From the NCBI GenBank assembly GCA_043819555.1, contig JBDREQ010000009.1:32001-96000 (forward strand): a DNA stretch of 64,000 nt, read 5' to 3'. Below the pieces are notes generated by a model. The model saw nothing but the letters and a program-made list of their open reading frames with translations. It had not been told where the DNA came from and searched no databases. Of this stretch, positions 58,974-64,000 are shown piece after piece. Position numbers and translations under genes: made by a program. The stretch comes from Candidatus Zixiibacteriota bacterium. GTDB lineage: Bacteria; Zixibacteria; MSB-5A5; GN15; JAAZOE01. Every line of letters begins with the position of its first letter. Positions within the stretch are counted from its first letter, which is position 1.

Positions 58974-59966
58974 ATGCAGAATGTTGGGGATAAAAAAATT
59001 CTACTCACCGGCGCGGGCGGCTTTATCGGGTCCCATGTTACTGAGCTTCTTATCAACGCGGGAGCCAAAGTATCTGCCTTGGTTCGATATACATCTACTG
59101 GACAGTCCGGGCATCTCGACAATATTACAATACCTGATAGACGGCGGCTAAAAATAGTCTATGGCGATATTCGCAGTTATGAAGATGTTAAGCGGGCGAT
59201 TGGCAAAAACGATATTATTATCCACCTCGCCGCCCAGATTGCCATACCTTATTCTTATATTTCCCCCGGTGATTTTCTCAATGTTAATACGGTCGGGACA
59301 ATAAATATCCTCAATGCAAGCCGGGAAAAGGATATCAAAAGGATTGTCCAGCTATCAACATCAGAAGTCTACGGATCGGCGCAGTACCTGCCGATTGATG
59401 AAAAACACCCACAGGTCGCTCAATCGCCTTATGCCGCTTCCAAAATAGCTTCTGATAAACTGGCCGAATCCTTTCATCGCTCGTACAATTTGCCGGTAGT
59501 GATCGCCCGGCCGTTTAATACTTACGGCCCCCGCCAATCAGCCCGAGCCGTTATCCCTACTATCATCATTCAGGCATTGCGCGGAAAAACCGTATCTCTG
59601 GGAAATATACATACTCGCCGGGATCTTAATTTTGTCGGCGATACGGCGGCGACTCTGATAAAAATGGCTTTGTCCAACAAAGGCAATGGCGAACAATTTA
59701 ATATTTGTTCCGGCAAAGACTATTCTATTGAGGACATTGTCAAACAGATTGGACATATACTGGGGAAAAAACTAATTATTAAAACCGATAAACGCCGCAT
59801 CAGACCAAAAAATTCAGAAGTTGACCGGCTTCTTGGCGACAATGCGAAAGCGGTAAAAACTTTTAAACTTGCCAAAAGTACGGATATTGCAAACGGACTC
59901 AAAAAGACTATCGAATACATTGAAACCCATATTGATAAATATGGCACTGAGGATTATCAACTCTAA
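58974..59966 (+). CDS. NDP-sugar 4,6-dehydratase (LegB-like)
   Basis: TGAGGFIGSH, HLAAQIAIPYSY, STSEVYG, QSPYAASK, RPFNTYGPRQSARAVIP. Confidence 0.9.
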   Translation: MQNVGDKKILLTGAGGFIGSHVTELLINAGAKVSALVRYTSTGQSGHLDNITIPDRRRLKIVYGDIRSYEDVKRAIGKNDIIIHLAAQIAIPYSYISPGDFLNVNTVGTINILNASREKDIKRIVQLSTSEVYGSAQYLPIDEKHPQVAQSPYAASKIASDKLAESFHRSYNLPVVIARPFNTYGPRQSARAVIPTIIIQALRGKTVSLGNIHTRRDLNFVGDTAATLIKMALSNKGNGEQFNICSGKDYSIEDIVKQIGHILGKKLIIKTDKRRIRPKNSEVDRLLGDNAKAVKTFKLAKSTDIANGLKKTIEYIETHIDKYGTEDYQL

Positions 59967-60700
59967 TGAAAGCAGTTATTCTCGCCGGCGGTAAAGGCTC
60001 GCGTTTGGAACCATTTACATATGTCTTTCCTAAACCATTGATGCCGATCGGTAATCATCCGATTCTGGAAATTGTCTTATCTCAATTATCCCGGGCCGGA
60101 ATCGATGAAGCCATTCTGACCGTCGGTCACGAAGCGTCCAAGCTTATTAAAATGGTTACCGCCGCGGGAGATTTCGACTTGCGCATCAGGTACTCGGAAG
60201 AAAAAAAACCTCTCGGAACGGCCGGACCGCTAAAACTTATCAAAAACCTCGGCGAGGATTTTCTGGTTTTGAATGGTGATATCCTGACTGATATCGATTT
60301 TAAAAAATTCATCGAATATCACAAAAATAATAAAGCTATCGCGACCGTTGCCTCATACCGCCGGAAGCAACCAATTGATTTCGGGGTCATTGAGGCTGCC
60401 GGCGATAGAATTACGGCTTACCGTGAAAAACCCAACGTTGAGTATCTTGTTTCCATGGGGATCTACGCCTTCAAGCGTAAAATACTTGAATATATCCCGG
60501 CCAATAAGAAATTTGATTTCCCGCAATTGGTTAATAAATTGCTCAAATTGAAAATCTATCCGGCTGTGTACCAACATAAAGGCGAATGGCTCGACATCGG
60601 ACGACCGGATGATTATACCAGGGCAATTAAACTGTTTTTCAAAAAGGGCAAACGTTTTTCCGCTAAAAACGTTAAAACCTTTAATCGCCGTAACCGATAA
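59966..60700 (+). CDS. Sugar-phosphate nucleotidyltransferase
   Basis: ILAGGKGSRL..PKPL, PLGTAG, NGDIL, WLDIGRPDDY; TAATG coupling. Confidence 0.93.
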   Translation: MKAVILAGGKGSRLEPFTYVFPKPLMPIGNHPILEIVLSQLSRAGIDEAILTVGHEASKLIKMVTAAGDFDLRIRYSEEKKPLGTAGPLKLIKNLGEDFLVLNGDILTDIDFKKFIEYHKNNKAIATVASYRRKQPIDFGVIEAAGDRITAYREKPNVEYLVSMGIYAFKRKILEYIPANKKFDFPQLVNKLLKLKIYPAVYQHKGEWLDIGRPDDYTRAIKLFFKKGKRFSAKNVKTFNRRNR

Positions 60701-60739
60701 CTAAACATACATAACGGGACATATATTACAGGGTAGGAT

Positions 60740-61708
60740 ATGAATTATTTAATCACTGGCGGAGCCGGATTCATCGGCAGCAACCTTGCTTTTGAACTTG
60801 TCAAACGTGGCGACTCCGTGCGCGTACTTGACAATCTTACATCGGGCAACCTTGACAATATAAAACCGTTGTTTGATAAAATCGAAGTTATTGAAGGTGA
60901 TATTCGTGATTTCTGGACGGTTGTGGAAGCAATGTATGATATCGACTTTGTTCTGCACCACGCCGCCGTGCCGTCAGTTGCCCGTTCCATCAAAAATCCT
61001 TTAACCGCCAACGCCGTCAATATCGACGGAACCTTGAATGTTCTGGAATCGGCTCGGCAGGCTAATGTCAGAAGAGTCGTTTTTGCCTGTTCTTCGGCTA
61101 TCTACGGCGATTCGGAAGAGCTTCCCAAAATTGAAACTATGAAACTCGATCCGATGTCTCCATACGCCGTCAATAAACTGGCAGGAGAGGAATATTGCAG
61201 GATCTATAATCATCTCTATGGCCTCGAAACAGTTTCGCTGCGCTATTTTAACGTCTTTGGACCGCGACAGGATCCAGCCAGCCAATATTCAGCAGCGATT
61301 CCGATTTTTATTAAGGCGATCTTACATGGCAAACCGCCCATGATATTCGGCGACGGAGAGCAGTCTCGTGATTTTATCTATATCGATAATGTCGTCAACG
61401 CTAATTTGAAAGCCTGCACCGCCCCCAACGCTCCCGGTCAGTGCTTCAATATTGCCAGCGGCCAGCGAATTACTCTAAATAACCTCTTGAAAATAATTTC
61501 TGAAATTCTAAAAGTCGAAATCAAACCCAAATATGTCAATCCCCGCCCCGGAGATATCCTTCACAGCGGAGCCGATATAGAGGCTGCCCTAAGCGGGCTG
61601 GGATACTCCGTCGATATTGATTTAAGAACCGGAATGAAGGATACCATTAAATGGTTTTCCGATATCTTTTCAGAATCTACGCCGGTAAGCGGTATCAATA
61701 TTGATTGA
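60740..61708 (+). CDS. SDR NDP-sugar epimerase (UDP-GlcNAc/Glc 4-epimerase-like)
   Basis: TGGAGFIGSN, PSVARSI, SPYAVNK, RYFNVFGPRQDP. Confidence 0.92.
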   Translation: MNYLITGGAGFIGSNLAFELVKRGDSVRVLDNLTSGNLDNIKPLFDKIEVIEGDIRDFWTVVEAMYDIDFVLHHAAVPSVARSIKNPLTANAVNIDGTLNVLESARQANVRRVVFACSSAIYGDSEELPKIETMKLDPMSPYAVNKLAGEEYCRIYNHLYGLETVSLRYFNVFGPRQDPASQYSAAIPIFIKAILHGKPPMIFGDGEQSRDFIYIDNVVNANLKACTAPNAPGQCFNIASGQRITLNNLLKIISEILKVEIKPKYVNPRPGDILHSGADIEAALSGLGYSVDIDLRTGMKDTIKWFSDIFSESTPVSGINID

Positions 61709-61800
61709 AGATCGAATTATGAAATAATATCTTTCGATTGTTTTCCCGCAAATTTTCCTGCAGTAAACAAAATTAGTTCTTATTGCCAATGTGCTGACAA

Positions 61801-63999
61801 TCAATTCGGGCAGCAGCGCAACATCGCCCCATTGCGGAATATGTAATTTATAATCCTAACGGCATCGGCCAACGAAATCCCACTATCGCAATCAACATCA
61901 CTATGTAATTCATCAGAAGGCCGCGGCCCTCCCCGGAACAGGTAATTCAATAATGTGACGGCATCGGCAACGCCCGTTCGATTATCGCCATTGGCATCAC
62001 CGCAATTGACGTCAACGCCCAAATCCTGAAGCGCCTGCAGCAGTACTCCGGCAGCCGCATCTTCTTCCATTAATGATAGAGGGAAATTCAACAGAACAAA
62101 CTGATAATCATCGCCCAGATACCGAATTCCATTAATCGCGCCATGATGAACCGTATCGGGATTGGATGAAATATATGAATATAAAGGCTCCGCTTCTTTG
62201 GTCGGCATCAAATATCCTGTCATCGGGATATAGCCATCAATCGGCAATTGTGACGCGGCAATCTTTTCCATATCGGCCGATAGGTCGGCATAATCCGGAT
62301 TAAGTGACGCGCAGCCCATCAAATCTCCATAAAAATATTCGCCATCGAATATAAGACCATATGTGGTGATGCTGTCCAATTTTAAATACTTTTTAAAAAA
62401 ATCATCATCGGAAAATGACCAGGTCAGCGGCTCATCGTAAGGTGTCGTAAAAACAGAGTTGATAATTATCGCTTTGCCGCCGCCATCAAAATAGGTTTGC
62501 AAATCCAGGAAAGCGCGTGAACCTATTCTATTCCATCTCGATTCCGAATCAAATATCAGAATATTATAATCGGCGAATTCGTTGATGGTGTGAAATGACT
62601 GGTCATATCTCTCCAGCCGCGATAGAATTCGCGATAAGGCATTATGATAGAGTTTTTCCAGATAAGTGGTGTAGAATGGGCCAGTCTGATTATGCGGCCA
62701 GCCATTGAAATCGCACAACAAAACGCCTTCATTCATCGCCATCGGTATGGCCGATATAATCTCGCTTGGCGATGATTCCAATCCGAGTTCATTTTTAGCA
62801 GCCACCGAATAATAATATACATTTCCCGAAATGACATTATAATCACTGTATGAATGCTCGGATGTTAGATCATAAGCAATTAATGATTCCCGGTCGTCTC
62901 CCCGATATATGACAAACTCCACATTGGCTGAATCAACTGCGAGTGTCCATGATAGTACCGGAACAGTATCAATTACATTAATTGAAAATTCATTTACGCC
63001 ATGAGGCCGGACCGGCGTCAGGCTGACCGGTAATGATATTCCCGATTCACGATAAGTTTGATCGCTTAAACTAACCGCTAATTCATATTCATGCGTCGAA
63101 AACGGTACTTCGAAGCGGTAGAATGTATCAGCCATCAGGGCAGTACTGAATTTTTGCCATTCGCCATTTTCAGTTTTGTCGCGATAATACAAATTGTAGC
63201 CTGTTAAATCGGAGCGTATGCTTGCGTTCCAGACGACATCAACATAATCATCGTCATATTCAGATACTACAAATCCCTGCGGCGGTCCCGGATGAGGCAG
63301 AGTCATACCCGATCTGTAAACTTCATTTGCCCGGCGATGATGTTCTATGAGTCTTGAAAAATCCAAACTTTCCTCGAATGGAAACGGATCATACTTATCA
63401 TGTAGACTGGAAAAATCATCCGGATTGACATGCACATTATTAGCGGCAACCAGCGCTACGACAAATGTCACCGAATCACCGGGAGGCAAATTAAACGGGC
63501 CGAAGGACAATAAAAATCGAGTATCGGCACCAATTGTGACATCAATTGCTGGTTCAAGCGGTGGATTCCTCCATCCATTCGTGGTATCGAATAGATATGT
63601 TTCCAGTTGATTGTAATCGATTTCCGGAAAAGATAAATCATCATATTTATGCCGATCTGTGCCCCAATAATCAGAGGTAGTATATTCCTGCCAATATTTC
63701 TCCAATTGACGGGGGCCAAAACCATATTCCGGATAACCGCTGCGGCTCCACCAATTGAAATTCACTCTGTCAATATCAAAACCGGCGTCCATTAAACTGA
63801 CAGATATAGCTGCTCGCGGAGACCTGTAATCCCAGATATGATCGCCCTGTGCTCTTGTCGGATCGCCATCATTATCAATGATATAGGCAATCCGGGATGT
63901 TATGTCGGGATTAGTCTCGTCCAGGACGGCTTCCAGCGAACCTGAAATATCATCAGAATGGCCGTTTTGCCTGTTAGAAATATGAAAAACGTCTCCATC
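61801..63999 (-). CDS. Large protein with FN3-like domains and C-terminal dockerin-like domain (5' end outside the window)
   Basis: Frame open to the window edge; GYNLYY, YYYSVAAKN...ES; GDANGDNRTGVADAVTLLNYLFRGGP. Confidence 0.85.
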   Translation of the reverse strand, partial: DGDVFHISNRQNGHSDDISGSLEAVLDETNPDITSRIAYIIDNDGDPTRAQGDHIWDYRSPRAAISVSLMDAGFDIDRVNFNWWSRSGYPEYGFGPRQLEKYWQEYTTSDYWGTDRHKYDDLSFPEIDYNQLETYLFDTTNGWRNPPLEPAIDVTIGADTRFLLSFGPFNLPPGDSVTFVVALVAANNVHVNPDDFSSLHDKYDPFPFEESLDFSRLIEHHRRANEVYRSGMTLPHPGPPQGFVVSEYDDDYVDVVWNASIRSDLTGYNLYYRDKTENGEWQKFSTALMADTFYRFEVPFSTHEYELAVSLSDQTYRESGISLPVSLTPVRPHGVNEFSINVIDTVPVLSWTLAVDSANVEFVIYRGDDRESLIAYDLTSEHSYSDYNVISGNVYYYSVAAKNELGLESSPSEIISAIPMAMNEGVLLCDFNGWPHNQTGPFYTTYLEKLYHNALSRILSRLERYDQSFHTINEFADYNILIFDSESRWNRIGSRAFLDLQTYFDGGGKAIIINSVFTTPYDEPLTWSFSDDDFFKKYLKLDSITTYGLIFDGEYFYGDLMGCASLNPDYADLSADMEKIAASQLPIDGYIPMTGYLMPTKEAEPLYSYISSNPDTVHHGAINGIRYLGDDYQFVLLNFPLSLMEEDAAAGVLLQALQDLGVDVNCGDANGDNRTGVADAVTLLNYLFRGGPRPSDELHSDVDCDSGISLADAVRIINYIFRNGAMLRCCPN

Positions 64000-64000
64000 C

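Noticed and set aside
58974..61708. Complete legionaminic acid pathway
   Set aside because: Only a LegB-like dehydratase, a nucleotidyltransferase and an epimerase are present; no linked aminotransferase, NeuB/NeuC or CMP-transferase
1..64000. tRNA, rRNA, CRISPR array, prophage
   Set aside because: None recognised by eye; no integrase, cas or phage structural genes among the ORFs

Overview
Bacterial chromosomal window of mostly housekeeping genes: rex, alr, lon, nnr, priA, pepF, pruA, murQ, rpmE, prfA, tldD/tldE, prmC, uvrA, sthA and three sugar-nucleotide genes. These are interspersed with single-gene accessory insertions: two DUF4145/HEPN genes, a REP-associated tyrosine transposase, a GT-C glycosyltransferase and three exported-type proteins ending in a dockerin-like domain. 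The dockerin-like tails plus a PorV/PorQ-like protein suggest an FCB-group lineage such as Zixibacteria (inference, not tested). I found no rRNA, tRNA or CRISPR array by eye. Best leads: (1) an unannotated 76-aa twin-arginine peptide translationally coupled between tldD-tldE and prmC; (2) a PIP/AIP-synthase-like gene paired with a PfkB kinase, possibly an inositol-lipid salvage route; (3) a RAYT carrying a GTAG palindrome inside its own coding sequence, with degenerate copies 30 kb away; (4) an orphan dockerin 3' end upstream of a dockerin gene; (5) a dockerin metalloprotease split by a -1 frameshift; (6) a 57-nt dispersed non-coding repeat; (7) two probable pseudo-enzymes. All family calls come from motif recognition, not database searches.
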